Below are positions 1 through 8,721 of a stretch of 20,000 nt of DNA, piece after piece (position 1 is the first letter of the stretch; each line of letters opens with the position of its first letter). The translations under genes and the position numbers were made by a program. The notes beneath the pieces were generated by a model. It was given only the letters and a program-made list of their open reading frames with translations, was not told the DNA's origin and searched no databases. The DNA comes from an uncultured virus (IMG/VR IMGVR_UViG_3300043774_001054) (Duplodnaviria > Heunggongvirae > Uroviricota > Caudoviricetes): the IMG/VR virus record IMGVR_UViG_3300043774_001054, positions 53,458 through 73,457 of that record; one strand, 5' to 3'.

Positions 1-172
1 TACGAATTCGGTCAATCAACGCAATCATAGTTTTCTTTGCTTCCGACAGCTCAGAATTAATGTTCTCCGTCACAAATTTCCAAACAAAGTAAATAAAGTA
101 GCCCATACCAGCGGCAGCCATCATTGGCATACCGTACTGGTTGATCATCTGTTTTAATTCAATAGGATCCAT
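1..172 (-). CDS. Small single-TM phage membrane protein, runs off the window edge; paralog of 176..460
   Basis: Manual translation from ATG 172: MDPIELKQMINQYGMPMMAAAGMGYFIYFVWKFVTENINSELSEAKKTMIALIDRIR...; starts 3 nt after the stop of 176..460; not in the ORF track. Confidence 0.85.
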   Translation of the reverse strand, partial: MDPIELKQMINQYGMPMMAAAGMGYFIYFVWKFVTENINSELSEAKKTMIALIDRIR

Positions 173-175
173 AGT

Positions 176-460
176 TTAATCCTTTCTGGCATCCGTCTTA
201 CCATCACTGCGTGCCAGACGTTCAAGGTCGACGCGTAATCCGAAACGTGATGAGATGAGTGCATCAATACGAATAAGGTCATTATTCATTGTGCGCACAC
301 GGTTGTTCAACATACCGGCAAGACCATTTAATGATTTCACATCATCCACAACTCCCGCAAGGATATACTTGAGGAGAATGACGATGAAGACGCCGCCAGC
401 AATAACTGCTGCAACAGAGAATCCAAGGTCCGCAAATGATTTCAGTGTTTCAAAACTCAT
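176..460 (-). CDS. Small membrane protein (N-terminal TM plus short coiled coil), possibly holin-like
   Basis: Hydrophobic GFSVAAVIAGGVFIVILLKYIL followed by LNNRVRTMNNDLIRID; coupled to its neighbours. Confidence 0.8.
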   Translation of the reverse strand: MSFETLKSFADLGFSVAAVIAGGVFIVILLKYILAGVVDDVKSLNGLAGMLNNRVRTMNNDLIRIDALISSRFGLRVDLERLARSDGKTDARKD

Positions 461-723
461 TATCCATTTACAATCTTAGAAATCTTAGATTCAAACTCTT
501 CGATCTTTTTAATACGGTTGGGCCATTTAATGTATTCCTTCTCTGGGTTCTTCTTCAGATTCTGAAGGAGTGGAAGGATTGCTTGGTATAATCGATTCAG
601 TTTATCTTCGTGATACGCAGCAGCCTTCTCGGCTACGTCAACTTGTTTTGTTACGTCAAGTTCGTCTTCGGCGATCGTTGTGAAACCAAAGTCAAAGGGG
701 TCTATAGAATTATTTGTGGCCAT
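460..723 (-). CDS. Hypothetical protein of a type common in T4-like phages
   Basis: 87 aa with DPFDFGFT and LLQNLKKNPEKEYIKWPNR motifs; downstream of a late promoter. Confidence 0.8.
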   Translation of the reverse strand: MATNNSIDPFDFGFTTIAEDELDVTKQVDVAEKAAAYHEDKLNRLYQAILPLLQNLKKNPEKEYIKWPNRIKKIEEFESKISKIVNG

Positions 724-744
724 TGTAATAAGAGTGTAAATAAA

Positions 745-778
745 AATGCTACCTCATCAATAAAGACAAGGTAGCATT
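745..778 (-). terminator. Stem-loop (terminator-like or 5' UTR hairpin)
   Basis: 10-bp inverted repeat AATGCTACCT/AGGTAGCATT followed by a T-rich tract on the minus strand. Confidence 0.5.
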
Positions 779-787
779 CAGTATTGC

Positions 788-795
788 TATTTATA
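788..795 (-). promoter_or_regulatory. T4-type late promoter TATAAATA
   Basis: Exact consensus in intergenic DNA upstream of 460..723. Confidence 0.75.
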
Positions 796-859
796 AAATA
801 AACAGTTTGTAGTATTACGGTATTTGAATCCTATGAGACATTATGTTGAATAGAGATAC

Positions 860-888
860 ATTATAACGTATCTAAGCAGAATGTAAAC
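860..888 (-). promoter_or_regulatory. T4-type early sigma70 promoter
   Basis: GTTTAC-N17-TATAAT. Confidence 0.75.
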
Positions 889-905
889 AATAAAGCGCCG
901 TCGTA

Positions 906-1490
906 TTACTTAGTTTTAATGAATGAGCCAGCTTCTACAGGTTTGAATATGTTCTTGATACCGCGTGTTTGAATGGCGCGAAAAACGAAATATGGCCACC
1001 AGATAATTTTTGGAATCTTGACGACCTTAATGTTGGAGTCGGTAATCACAGGAACCTCAGCGTCCCAGACTTTCAGCACAAGCGGTTCGCCGCTCACAGA
1101 GTTGGTGAGGTTGATTTTACCGTTACGTGTTGGCGGGCGACCGATGTACCAATAGTTGTCGTATTGACCGAATTCAATATCGCAGTCGGAGCCCGATGTG
1201 ACAAACGATACCTCATTAATTGAGTAACCATTGACTGAACCCTTGATGGTGATGCCATTCTTGCGTGGAGCCAGGACGGTATTGTTGAACGTATAGTTTG
1301 AACCTCTTACGGCATCGATGCAGTCTTCCTTGCCGCCTTCAATGGTGCAACCATCGACAACGACATTGGTGCAATTGGAGAATTTAAGGACATCGGAGGT
1401 TTGAGTCCAATCATCCGGCGCAATGACCCGATTGGAAATTACTGTTCCGTCCTCACCAGCGTAGGACTCTAGGTTTTTATCGGCGGCCAT
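906..1490 (-). CDS. Short right-handed parallel beta-helix (pectin-lyase-like fold) protein with hydrophobic C-terminal segment
   Basis: Beta-helix-type repeats CTNVVVDGCTIEGGKEDCIDAVRGSNYTFNNTVL and NGITIKGSVNGYSINEV; C-terminal IIWWPYFVF. Confidence 0.7.
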   Translation of the reverse strand: MAADKNLESYAGEDGTVISNRVIAPDDWTQTSDVLKFSNCTNVVVDGCTIEGGKEDCIDAVRGSNYTFNNTVLAPRKNGITIKGSVNGYSINEVSFVTSGSDCDIEFGQYDNYWYIGRPPTRNGKINLTNSVSGEPLVLKVWDAEVPVITDSNIKVVKIPKIIWWPYFVFRAIQTRGIKNIFKPVEAGSFIKTK

Positions 1491-1492
1491 GT

Positions 1493-1747
1493 TTAGAATG
1501 ATACGGCGACCATACGGATTGTTGCACTACCGAAGATGTTTTCGGCTGGTAGTTTTCTGACAAATGCCGTTTCATATGCGCGAAGGGTAAAGCTACCAGT
1601 AGTGACTACTGCAGCATCTTTTACAAGAACAGAAACGTCTGAAGCAGTATTGTTGTATACGCGGATCAGAGTCTTTCCGCTGAAATTGTTACCGCCCGTT
1701 CCTACTGCGGCTTCTTCGCCTAATACTTTGAGGATTGTTGAGACCAT
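1493..1747 (-). CDS. Small beta-rich late protein, possibly virion-associated
   Basis: 84 aa, rich in V/T/A; first gene after the late promoter at 1777..1784. Confidence 0.75.
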   Translation of the reverse strand: MVSTILKVLGEEAAVGTGGNNFSGKTLIRVYNNTASDVSVLVKDAAVVTTGSFTLRAYETAFVRKLPAENIFGSATIRMVAVSF

Positions 1748-1776
1748 AGAATTAATTGTTTGAGGTTAAGTCTATC

Positions 1777-1805
1777 TATTTATAAACATCGGTCGGTTAT
1801 AAATA
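1777..1805. promoter_or_regulatory. Back-to-back divergent T4-type late promoters
   Basis: TATAAATA on minus (1777..1784) and on plus (1798..1805). Confidence 0.85.
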
Positions 1806-1810
1806 GGGTT

Positions 1811-2770
1811 ATGCGTTTTGTCGTTTCATTATTATTTGTAATGAGTCTGACTGGTTGCACCATGCTCGGTGGGTTAAAGATGCCCAGTCTTGGCGGAGGT
1901 AAAACCGGAGACTCTGCCGGATCCGTAGCTGCTGCTCAAAACACTGCGGAAGCCGTCGACCGTATGGCAGAGATTAGTAAACGGAATGAGGAAGCACGCA
2001 AAGCAATGGAAATAGAGTACGCTAAGTTCCGTGAACAATTGACGGCAGCCTACGCCAACCGTGAAAGGCTGGACAACGAAAATTTTGACCGCATCTCCGA
2101 GATCAACTATGGTATCTTTAAAGCCACAGAGGATGTTACCAAACTGGATGCTCGGGTACTGATTGCAAATTTAAAGTCAAAGGAAAACATGGCTCGTTTA
2201 ATGCCGATTGGTGAAGCCAAGAAGAAAGAGATCATTGCCGAGCTTGAAGGCGACCGTAAAAAGCTCGAGGCTGAAATCGTAAAGAAGTACGAAGTTAGGA
2301 TCAAGGAAGGCGAAGCCGCTGCTGCCGCCTACGAGGAAGCCGATAAACAGGTCAAACTCAAAGAGGCCGAGAAAGGTAAATTACGCGATCAGCAAGCAAC
2401 CATCCTTGAAAAGCTAAGAGCCGATCAGGAAGCCGAAAGAGAAAAGCTCCGTAAAGAAGCAGCAGATGCTGTCGCCATTGCCAAAGAGAAACAACGCCTC
2501 GAGATGGTTGGCTGGATTGTAAAGGCTCTATTGGGTGTCGGAATTGTAATCCTAGTGATTGGCTTCCTCATGAAATCTCCAACCTTTATTGTGTCGGGCA
2601 TTGCAATGCTCGGACTCGCCTACGTTGCGGCAACCATTCCATTCTGGGTCGTGGCAAGTATTATGGGTGTCTTTGTAATCGTGATGGTAATGATGGACCC
2701 AAAGACGGGCAAGATTTCATTACCAGGCAAAAAGAAAGCGGAGTCAATTACGACTCCGCCTGCTCCTTAA
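1811..2770 (+). CDS. Lipoprotein with long coiled coil and about 3 C-terminal TM helices (unimolecular spanin-like topology)
   Basis: Start reassigned to ATG 1811; signal MRFVVSLLFVMSLTG|C has an LTGC lipobox; about 200-aa E/K/A-rich helical region; long hydrophobic C-terminal block then a basic tail; only convincing plus-strand gene. Confidence 0.85.
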   Translation: MRFVVSLLFVMSLTGCTMLGGLKMPSLGGGKTGDSAGSVAAAQNTAEAVDRMAEISKRNEEARKAMEIEYAKFREQLTAAYANRERLDNENFDRISEINYGIFKATEDVTKLDARVLIANLKSKENMARLMPIGEAKKKEIIAELEGDRKKLEAEIVKKYEVRIKEGEAAAAAYEEADKQVKLKEAEKGKLRDQQATILEKLRADQEAEREKLRKEAADAVAIAKEKQRLEMVGWIVKALLGVGIVILVIGFLMKSPTFIVSGIAMLGLAYVAATIPFWVVASIMGVFVIVMVMMDPKTGKISLPGKKKAESITTPPAP

Positions 2771-2790
2771 TAGCCAGTAACGGCTGAGGG

Positions 2791-3060
2791 TCACTCCAGG
2801 TCGTCAAGAACGACTTTGGCTGGGTTTGTTCCTCCTACAATTACACAATTGCGGTATTGCTCCAATGCCTCCCGCAGCTTTACATTTTTTCCAATAAGAT
2901 CATCGGCGTGCTGCGAGTGATGATCCACCCAGTTTTGTGCAATGCGAAGTTCAGCCTCGGCTTTCTCGGCACGAATCAGAGCGGCGTCACGTTGCTTCAT
3001 TAACTCGGCTACTTTCTCTTCCGCAGTAATGAGATTTTTACTATAGTTTGATGCGTACAT
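2791..3060 (-). CDS. Hypothetical coiled-coil protein
   Basis: Start moved to ATG 3060 just after the upstream stop; AALIRAEKAEAEL motif resembles 8161..8721. Confidence 0.7.
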   Translation of the reverse strand: MYASNYSKNLITAEEKVAELMKQRDAALIRAEKAEAELRIAQNWVDHHSQHADDLIGKNVKLREALEQYRNCVIVGGTNPAKVVLDDLE

Positions 3061-3064
3061 AAAT

Positions 3065-3280
3065 TTAAATAATATAAGGTCCACAATTCGCAAAATCATT
3101 AGGAGACATAACTTTTGGGTTAACTATATCTATAGCACCAAGAGAAAATACCCTATCATACGATTCGTTATGTATTTTCTTGCTATGTTCACGCACATAA
3201 TCCCCCATCTCCATATGATTCATTTCTGATTTAACAGCTACGGCTTTAAAACAATCTCCTTTGATAATGTATTGAAACAT
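3065..3280 (-). CDS. Hypothetical protein
   Basis: ATG 3280 lies 5 nt after the stop of 3286..3612; fits operon packing. Confidence 0.6.
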   Translation of the reverse strand: MFQYIIKGDCFKAVAVKSEMNHMEMGDYVREHSKKIHNESYDRVFSLGAIDIVNPKVMSPNDFANCGPYII

Positions 3281-3285
3281 AAATT

Positions 3286-3612
3286 TTACCCTTCCTCCTC
3301 CCATTTGCCAACCGTTTTCAAGAATGCCTCTGCGCGTTGGGCGGCGGTGGCGTTTGCAACGTGACCCACTTCATTACTTGTTAAATCCCACCAATACTTT
3401 TCACGATTTTCTAAGACAATACCGGAAAGATTTGCTGCAAATTGATTTACCTGTTCCGGCTCTAAGTGAGCCATAGCCTCGTGCATGGCGTTGAGGTCGT
3501 GGATGTAGTCGGGGATGAACTGCGCGACAAGTTGCCCCAATTCGTGCGAGTCTTCGCTACATTTCCATCCACACGCTTCCGCGATGGCTATTCTTTGTTT
3601 TTCAGCTTTCAT
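3286..3612 (-). CDS. Hypothetical phage protein
   Basis: 108 aa; IAEACGW...PDYIHDLNAMHEA...ATAAQRAEAFLKT; ATGA overlap with the upstream gene. Confidence 0.8.
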   Translation of the reverse strand: MKAEKQRIAIAEACGWKCSEDSHELGQLVAQFIPDYIHDLNAMHEAMAHLEPEQVNQFAANLSGIVLENREKYWWDLTSNEVGHVANATAAQRAEAFLKTVGKWEEEG

Positions 3613-4088
3613 TTGTTATCAACTAAAGCAGCAACAATCTTCTCTGCATTCTCTTGAATAGAAGGATAGCAAAGAGTATTAAACGAGTCACCGTGTTTTG
3701 CAATGAATTTATCCCAGTCTTTCTTTTCTTCGGGAGTTAAGGCCATGTTAACTGGACGAGCCGCTGATGCCTCGCGAATAATTTTAATAAGTTTTTCTTC
3801 CATAAGACGAGCCGCAGCAGTAATTGCAGACTTCTCTGGGTGAATTTGCTGACGAATAGAAGTGCATCCTTGTGTAATATGAATGAGCCAAAAGCCTTCG
3901 CGCAGACCATCATAAGCGTATGGGTCATTTACAGGAACAAACTTCTTGCCTACCTTACGGTAAAGGCGCTGGTCTTCTTTAGCAGCTGCGCTTGCAGTTA
4001 CCGGATCAATCTGGAACTTATAGTTAAGCTGGAAACGAAGACGCTCGCATTCGTTCTTGTAATGTTCTAAATCTTTATTCTTTTTCAT
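3609..4088 (-). CDS. Hypothetical phage protein
   Basis: 159-aa ORF coupled to both neighbours. Confidence 0.8.
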   Translation of the reverse strand: MKKNKDLEHYKNECERLRFQLNYKFQIDPVTASAAAKEDQRLYRKVGKKFVPVNDPYAYDGLREGFWLIHITQGCTSIRQQIHPEKSAITAAARLMEEKLIKIIREASAARPVNMALTPEEKKDWDKFIAKHGDSFNTLCYPSIQENAEKIVAALVDNK

Positions 4089-4089
4089 T

Positions 4090-4344
4090 TTATTTAAAAG
4101 TTATTTTTTTAGGTTTCATAAAAATTGTTCCTCTATTGATATTTCCAAGAAGACAGTCGTAAGCATCAAATCGTCCTTCGTCTCGTCCTCGCTGAACATC
4201 ATCTCGATGAAGATTGTTTTTATAAAGCATATTTAAAGCCCTTAAATGCTTCAACCATTTTACTAATTTCTTCTGATCAATCTTATAGTATGTGTCATTG
4301 GGGTCAACTACTTCGTCTTCCCAAGTTTTTACATATGTTTTCAT
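4090..4344 (-). CDS. Hypothetical protein
   Basis: 84 aa; ATGA overlap with the upstream gene. Confidence 0.7.
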   Translation of the reverse strand: MKTYVKTWEDEVVDPNDTYYKIDQKKLVKWLKHLRALNMLYKNNLHRDDVQRGRDEGRFDAYDCLLGNINRGTIFMKPKKITFK

Positions 4345-4607
4345 TTTAAATCTTTTTCAATTTCAAAGGTGAATGGCTTAACCGGTTTCCCACCATCAAA
4401 TCGTTTAATAAAAGTTTGCGCCTTTTTAGGCAGTGTGTATGTGTCCCATGAACATCCATTGCGATGAAGTATTCGTGTCGCGCCGATATTTAACCCAGTA
4501 TGAGATGTTGGTTTAACTTCCCGTTTAACCGCATGAGCTATAGGGCAATCATAACAACTCCCTCTATATCCTTCTTCAATATCCTTAAGAGTAACTTTAA
4601 TTTTCAT
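4341..4607 (-). CDS. Hypothetical early protein (CxxCPIA motif)
   Basis: Start reassigned to ATG 4607 (MKIKVT), directly after an early promoter. Confidence 0.75.
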   Translation of the reverse strand: MKIKVTLKDIEEGYRGSCYDCPIAHAVKREVKPTSHTGLNIGATRILHRNGCSWDTYTLPKKAQTFIKRFDGGKPVKPFTFEIEKDLK

Positions 4608-4616
4608 TATGATACA

Positions 4617-4645
4617 ATCATACACCAAACCATGCAAAAGTAAAT
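4617..4645 (-). promoter_or_regulatory. Early promoter
   Basis: ATTTAC-N17-TATGAT with extended TG. Confidence 0.75.
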
Positions 4646-4688
4646 CAAATTGATCGTCCTAAACTATTCATGTCCAACATCAATCTTA

Positions 4689-4898
4689 TTAAGTAAAAAT
4701 TGGCATTTTCGAGGGGTCATAATCATTCGGACCCTTAATGTAAGGTTCGTGCAGAGGAGTTATAACAGGTGTGCTGTATGTAATTACAGATATCTTACCG
4801 AGTTCTTCTCTTAAAATATCGGTTTCCTTCGTGCAAAGGTATTCTTTGCCAGCAATAAAACCGCGGAGCCAATAAATGAATTGTTCTTGTGACATCAT
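4689..4898 (-). CDS. Hypothetical phage protein
   Basis: 69 aa, EQFIYWLRGF motif; ATGA overlap. Confidence 0.75.
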   Translation of the reverse strand: MMSQEQFIYWLRGFIAGKEYLCTKETDILREELGKISVITYSTPVITPLHEPYIKGPNDYDPSKMPIFT

Positions 4899-5116
4899 TT
4901 TAAGTTACCTCCGTAATAGTCGAATACTTCCTCCATGGCATTTAAAGCTACAATAAGTTCGGCCAATTCACGTTTTTGGTAATCTTGGAGTTTCCTTGTT
5001 TTCTTAAGGACGGTAATGTCTTCGCGAAGGTATTCAATCGTTTGTTTTACGGAAGCACGGACAATACCGTCGGCTGTTTCTGGGTCAATTTCTACATTCA
5101 TATTTTTAATTTTCAT
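4895..5116 (-). CDS. Hypothetical protein
   Basis: Start reassigned to ATG 5116 right after the stop of 5118..5393; loosely similar in pattern to 12420..12647. Confidence 0.75.
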   Translation of the reverse strand: MKIKNMNVEIDPETADGIVRASVKQTIEYLREDITVLKKTRKLQDYQKRELAELIVALNAMEEVFDYYGGNLK

Positions 5117-5117
5117 A

Positions 5118-5393
5118 TTAATTCCAAGTTCTGTGTTTTTCAGCAATCCATTCGTCCCCGTCGTATTCTTGAATCTGCCATTGGACATCATCGGGAATCT
5201 TTACAACTTTAAGTTCAGCAAATTCACCGTTGGCAGCTTCACCAAGTTGTTCCACAATTTCTACTAGAATAGGATTGTTGCGCTTGATGTCATCTTCATT
5301 GGTAATAATCGCACCGGCACGTTCATTAAAAAGAGCAAGAGCAGTCTTAGAAAGCCCAAAGGCACCGTGGCAATCATTAATTACAATTTTCAT
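5118..5393 (-). CDS. Conserved-type hypothetical phage protein
   Basis: KIVINDCHGAFGLS...LKVVKIPDDVQWQIQEYDGDEWIAEKHRTW, a pattern recurrent in large phages. Confidence 0.8.
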   Translation of the reverse strand: MKIVINDCHGAFGLSKTALALFNERAGAIITNEDDIKRNNPILVEIVEQLGEAANGEFAELKVVKIPDDVQWQIQEYDGDEWIAEKHRTWN

Positions 5394-5718
5394 TTTTTAT
5401 TGAGTACAACTGAACAGCTGATTTTATCGCGAGTGCAGCCGCGCACGGAAACTGTTCGCCTTTCTTAAAAGAAAGTTTGTTAAGTTTAAATGGTTTTAGA
5501 ACTATATCTCCGTTCCAATACGTAGGTTCGACGGAGATGTAACCCAGCTCACAAAGCCTATTGCGCAACTTTGTAAATTCTGGATGATCCTTGCACGCAT
5601 ACGAATCTCCTTTTAAAATAATTTTGCCAACAAGATCGCTCAGAACCAGGTACTTCTCATCGGGTACCGAACTCAGGTATTCTTTCTTGAGTCTAAATTG
5701 TTTAATTGGTTTCTTCAT
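5377..5718 (-). CDS. Hypothetical protein
   Basis: 113 aa; short overlaps with neighbours. Confidence 0.7.
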   Translation of the reverse strand: MKKPIKQFRLKKEYLSSVPDEKYLVLSDLVGKIILKGDSYACKDHPEFTKLRNRLCELGYISVEPTYWNGDIVLKPFKLNKLSFKKGEQFPCAAALAIKSAVQLYSIKNENCN

Positions 5719-6304
5719 TTTTAGGAATCTCCGAGTAAGGAATATAGTTTTGCGTCGTTACATTGGTCTTTGCGAATTGTTTGTTCAGCGTCTTTAACCA
5801 TCCACCAGACGAATGCAGTTCACCAAGTTGACCCGTCGCTTCACAAGTTCTACCAGAAGCAGTTTCAGCAAAGTGAATGATACCCTCAATGTAATTATAA
5901 AACCGTTCATTAGCCTTTTCGATAGCAGGATACTTTTCAGTTTCTACTAGAGAGGTATTTTTTTCGTCAAGCTCAAACCTGTAATAAAACCGAAGTGTGC
6001 CGAACTTCTCTTTAACTTGCGTTGCGATCACTTGAGGTGGCCCTACTTTAAAGTAGTAGATAGCTTCTCCGTCCTTCTTGTTAATATACGGTGTGATACC
6101 AAGACGCTCACCATCTTCTTTATCCACCGGTACGCTGGTAGTATAAGTGTGGGTAAGAGCTTCGCAAAGAATATCAATAAGATCGTACCAACCATCACCT
6201 ACCTCAAGACCCCAGAACATACAGCTCTCGGTCTTTGGCTTGGTACGGTCGCCGAAAATCTTTGGATACTTCTCAAATAGTTTTTGTTCTAGTTCTGTTT
6301 TCAT
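5702..6304 (-). CDS. Conserved-type hypothetical phage protein
   Basis: 200 aa; GDGWYDLI, QVKEKFGTLRFYY and TCEATG motifs recurrent in phage proteins. Confidence 0.85.
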   Translation of the reverse strand: MKTELEQKLFEKYPKIFGDRTKPKTESCMFWGLEVGDGWYDLIDILCEALTHTYTTSVPVDKEDGERLGITPYINKKDGEAIYYFKVGPPQVIATQVKEKFGTLRFYYRFELDEKNTSLVETEKYPAIEKANERFYNYIEGIIHFAETASGRTCEATGQLGELHSSGGWLKTLNKQFAKTNVTTQNYIPYSEIPKNEETN

Positions 6305-6501
6305 TCGAATAATGTGGTGGCATTTAAAAATTTAGCAAGAGGTTTAATCCAAAATGGAAGAGCCAGTATAAAAAGCCAGATCATTTGAATAACGATAATA
6401 TCTGTAAACCTATAGATGAATCCGTTATAGAGACCTACACAAAGGTACACGAACGTAACCCAAACGGCGTAATGGACTAAAGAGCGTTGAAATAGTTTCA
6501 T
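6301..6501 (-). CDS. Small two-TM membrane protein
   Basis: 66 aa with two hydrophobic segments; ATGA overlap. Confidence 0.75.
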   Translation of the reverse strand: MKLFQRSLVHYAVWVTFVYLCVGLYNGFIYRFTDIIVIQMIWLFILALPFWIKPLAKFLNATTLFE

Positions 6502-6505
6502 AAAA

Positions 6506-6706
6506 TTATTCTTTTGTCATCCAGCGATAAAATGGAGTTAGGACTACCTTTAAAAATATGAAGCCCCATGGAATAGGACCACAAATGATAAAGAATACGA
6601 GTCTCTGAGGAAACCGATTTACCGAATCGTGTAGAACGATAAATGCCAGAGTTCCAAGCCCCAACCAATACATAAGTACCGCATTAATAAATTCAGGCAT
6701 TGTCAT
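6506..6706 (-). CDS. Small two-TM membrane protein
   Basis: Start reassigned to ATG 6706 after the upstream stop; two hydrophobic segments. Confidence 0.7.
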   Translation of the reverse strand: MTMPEFINAVLMYWLGLGTLAFIVLHDSVNRFPQRLVFFIICGPIPWGFIFLKVVLTPFYRWMTKE

Positions 6707-6710
6707 AAAG

Positions 6711-6923
6711 TTATTCTTCGACCTGATGAAGAGCATTTCCTGCTTCGGTGCGAATAGCTTGGGCAAGTTCTTCTACCGTTTTAAAACGATCGGTACCGTG
6801 CTTCAATATATTGCGACACACGGAATCAATTTCATACAATGACGCCCAAGCTTGATTGCAATGAACGGCTCGCATATGTTCGTAATTATCATCGGGTAGG
6901 TTAAATTCCAGTATTGCTTTCAT
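6711..6923 (-). CDS. Hypothetical phage protein
   Basis: MKAILEFNLPDD N-terminus common in phage small proteins. Confidence 0.8.
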   Translation of the reverse strand: MKAILEFNLPDDNYEHMRAVHCNQAWASLYEIDSVCRNILKHGTDRFKTVEELAQAIRTEAGNALHQVEE

Positions 6924-6927
6924 AAAG

Positions 6928-7194
6928 TTATTCCAGTTCGATCATCCAATGTGAATTGTTGTAAATGTAGTCCCATACGATGGTATCTTCTGGTTCTTTA
7001 CCCGAGAATCCCATGGACTCAATGAAACCATCAACAAGTTTATCTTGCTCCGCGTGATGAGCAGCAATTACCTTGCGGATCTTTGCGATTTCCTTCTGCT
7101 GCTTTTTAGTGAATTTGACTTTTAGTTTATGGTCCATTGCTGAAACGGAATACATTTGGTCGATTGCTTTTTGCTGGTTTTTAGTGGTTTTCAT
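6928..7194 (-). CDS. Hypothetical early protein, probably leaderless
   Basis: ATG 6 nt downstream of a -10 box. Confidence 0.75.
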   Translation of the reverse strand: MKTTKNQQKAIDQMYSVSAMDHKLKVKFTKKQQKEIAKIRKVIAAHHAEQDKLVDGFIESMGFSGKEPEDTIVWDYIYNNSHWMIELE

Positions 7195-7200
7195 AATACA

Positions 7201-7229
7201 ATCATATACTGAAAGTGCTGAAAGTAAAC
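7201..7229 (-). promoter_or_regulatory. Early promoter
   Basis: GTTTAC-N17-TATGAT. Confidence 0.8.
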
Positions 7230-7236
7230 AACAAAG

Positions 7237-7602
7237 TTACTTCTTGGAGTTTTCAATGTATTGAATGATGTTTTGCTTACCAATAATGTTCATCGAATGA
7301 ACCTCATAGTCGGGAAACTCAACGCCTTTTTCATGGCAGTAGTTCACTAGCCATTTAGCGCAGTCGTATCCAGTTTTCTCCTTATAGGAGTCATACGTCG
7401 GTTCGGTACCAGCAATGCCAGCGGCATAGTGTTCCTGTCCCAGGTCGTGATCAAAGGTCACGAATGAAGGTATACCAAGCCGTTCAATACATTCAACGAA
7501 TTTTTTATAGCTTCGCACCGTGGTATAAGGTCCCAGGGGTAATTGTACCCATTTTACCTGAGAGGGAAGGCGTTCGTCATCCAGAAATAGTTTGTAGCTC
7601 AT
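7237..7602 (-). CDS. Cyclic-phosphate-processing receiver-domain-like protein (RNA-repair associated family)
   Basis: LFLDDERLP, FVTFDHDLG, KTGYDCAKWL and VHSMNIIG motifs; start reassigned to ATG 7602. Confidence 0.8.
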   Translation of the reverse strand: MSYKLFLDDERLPSQVKWVQLPLGPYTTVRSYKKFVECIERLGIPSFVTFDHDLGQEHYAAGIAGTEPTYDSYKEKTGYDCAKWLVNYCHEKGVEFPDYEVHSMNIIGKQNIIQYIENSKK

Positions 7603-7606
7603 ATAG

Positions 7607-8158
7607 TTATGTTGTGTGTGGACCGTGATGGTCAACGGGCTTATAAGTTTTAGTCTTCATCTTATCCCGAAGCTGCTCCATAGATACTGGAAAGTAGTTC
7701 CAGCAATCTACACCAACATCACAGCTAAGAGTGGTAGGATCATCCGGAAGAGTGCCGTGCGAGTGTCCGTAAAGTTGCCAGTGCCCTTTGTGGCTGCCGT
7801 TCCATACCTTCATGGCATAGTGACAGAGAATGATTTCTTGTTTGTCAACTGTTACTTCTCGAAGATGTGGTATATCAAACTCCCATCCAGAATCTAGGTA
7901 GCTCCGCATGAGCCGTTTATCATGGTTGCCCAAGCAGAATTGAATTTTACCATTTAAACGCCGGAGATAGGGAGCGGCAGGACCGCCACCCACCGCAAAA
8001 TCACCGAGATGGTACACGGTATCTTCTGGACGAACAATAGCGTTCCAATTATGAATGAGTGTATTGTCCATCTCTTCTACCGAGGCAAAAGGACGTTTAC
8101 AGTATTTAATGATGTTTGCGTGCCCAAAATGGGTATCGCTTGTGAAGAATGTGTTCAT
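7607..8158 (-). CDS. Calcineurin-like metallophosphoesterase
   Basis: Metal-binding motifs DTHFGH, HLGDF, GNHD, CHY and GHSH. Confidence 0.93.
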   Translation of the reverse strand: MNTFFTSDTHFGHANIIKYCKRPFASVEEMDNTLIHNWNAIVRPEDTVYHLGDFAVGGGPAAPYLRRLNGKIQFCLGNHDKRLMRSYLDSGWEFDIPHLREVTVDKQEIILCHYAMKVWNGSHKGHWQLYGHSHGTLPDDPTTLSCDVGVDCWNYFPVSMEQLRDKMKTKTYKPVDHHGPHTT

Positions 8159-8160
8159 AG

Positions 8161-8721
8161 TTAAAATACAATTCGGCGAGCCTCAGCAAGAATCTCATTG
8201 AGTCTCTTACCGTCCATTGCTCGACAGCTGCTGATTTTGTTGGGACGAAACTCGTTTCCAGAATCGCTTTCCTCGGTGATTTCCATTAGGGTAATGAACT
8301 CTTTCCAGAGACGCTCCGTTATCTGGGCGCATTGTTCGGCTATGTCGGCACAAGCCGATTTATCTGCAGCAAACCGTGCCCAAGTTAAAGCTGAGGATTG
8401 CATATGTTTTAGATCAGCCTCGGCACGTTCGGCGCGGGCTACCTGTAAGCTGATGTGCTTTCCTGCGTCCCGGTAGTCGTCTTTATACCGCTCCACCTCG
8501 GCGCGAAGGCGGGAATTTTCTTCAAGCACAAACCTTAGCCTTTCGGCTCCCGTTGCATTTACGCTAAGTAGCTCCTCGCACTCCGCTTTCGCGGCGGTGA
8601 GTTCGCGTTCAAGCGTGCGACATAGAGCGGTATGCGCTTGGTCCTGCCTGTTGCCCCACTCGCATCCATTGAGCATGGCATCCGTGCGTGGCGTGTCGGT
8701 GGGTTGGTCGGGTGGGTTCAT
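8161..8721 (-). CDS. Hypothetical coiled-coil protein (TPRTDA-type phage accessory protein)
   Basis: 186 aa; MNPPDQPTDTPRTDA start; 5' half GC-rich. Confidence 0.8.
   Translation of the reverse strand: MNPPDQPTDTPRTDAMLNGCEWGNRQDQAHTALCRTLERELTAAKAECEELLSVNATGAERLRFVLEENSRLRAEVERYKDDYRDAGKHISLQVARAERAEADLKHMQSSALTWARFAADKSACADIAEQCAQITERLWKEFITLMEITEESDSGNEFRPNKISSCRAMDGKRLNEILAEARRIVF

Noticed and set aside
815..841. Eight-codon ORF (MSHRIQIP) after the early promoter at 860..888
   Set aside because: Too short to support from sequence alone
1760..1810. Upstream extension of the lipoprotein ORF, and similar extensions at 4637, 5191, 6766, 9191, 10535 and 13098
   Set aside because: Extensions run over promoters or upstream genes; downstream ATGs fit signal peptides and gene packing better
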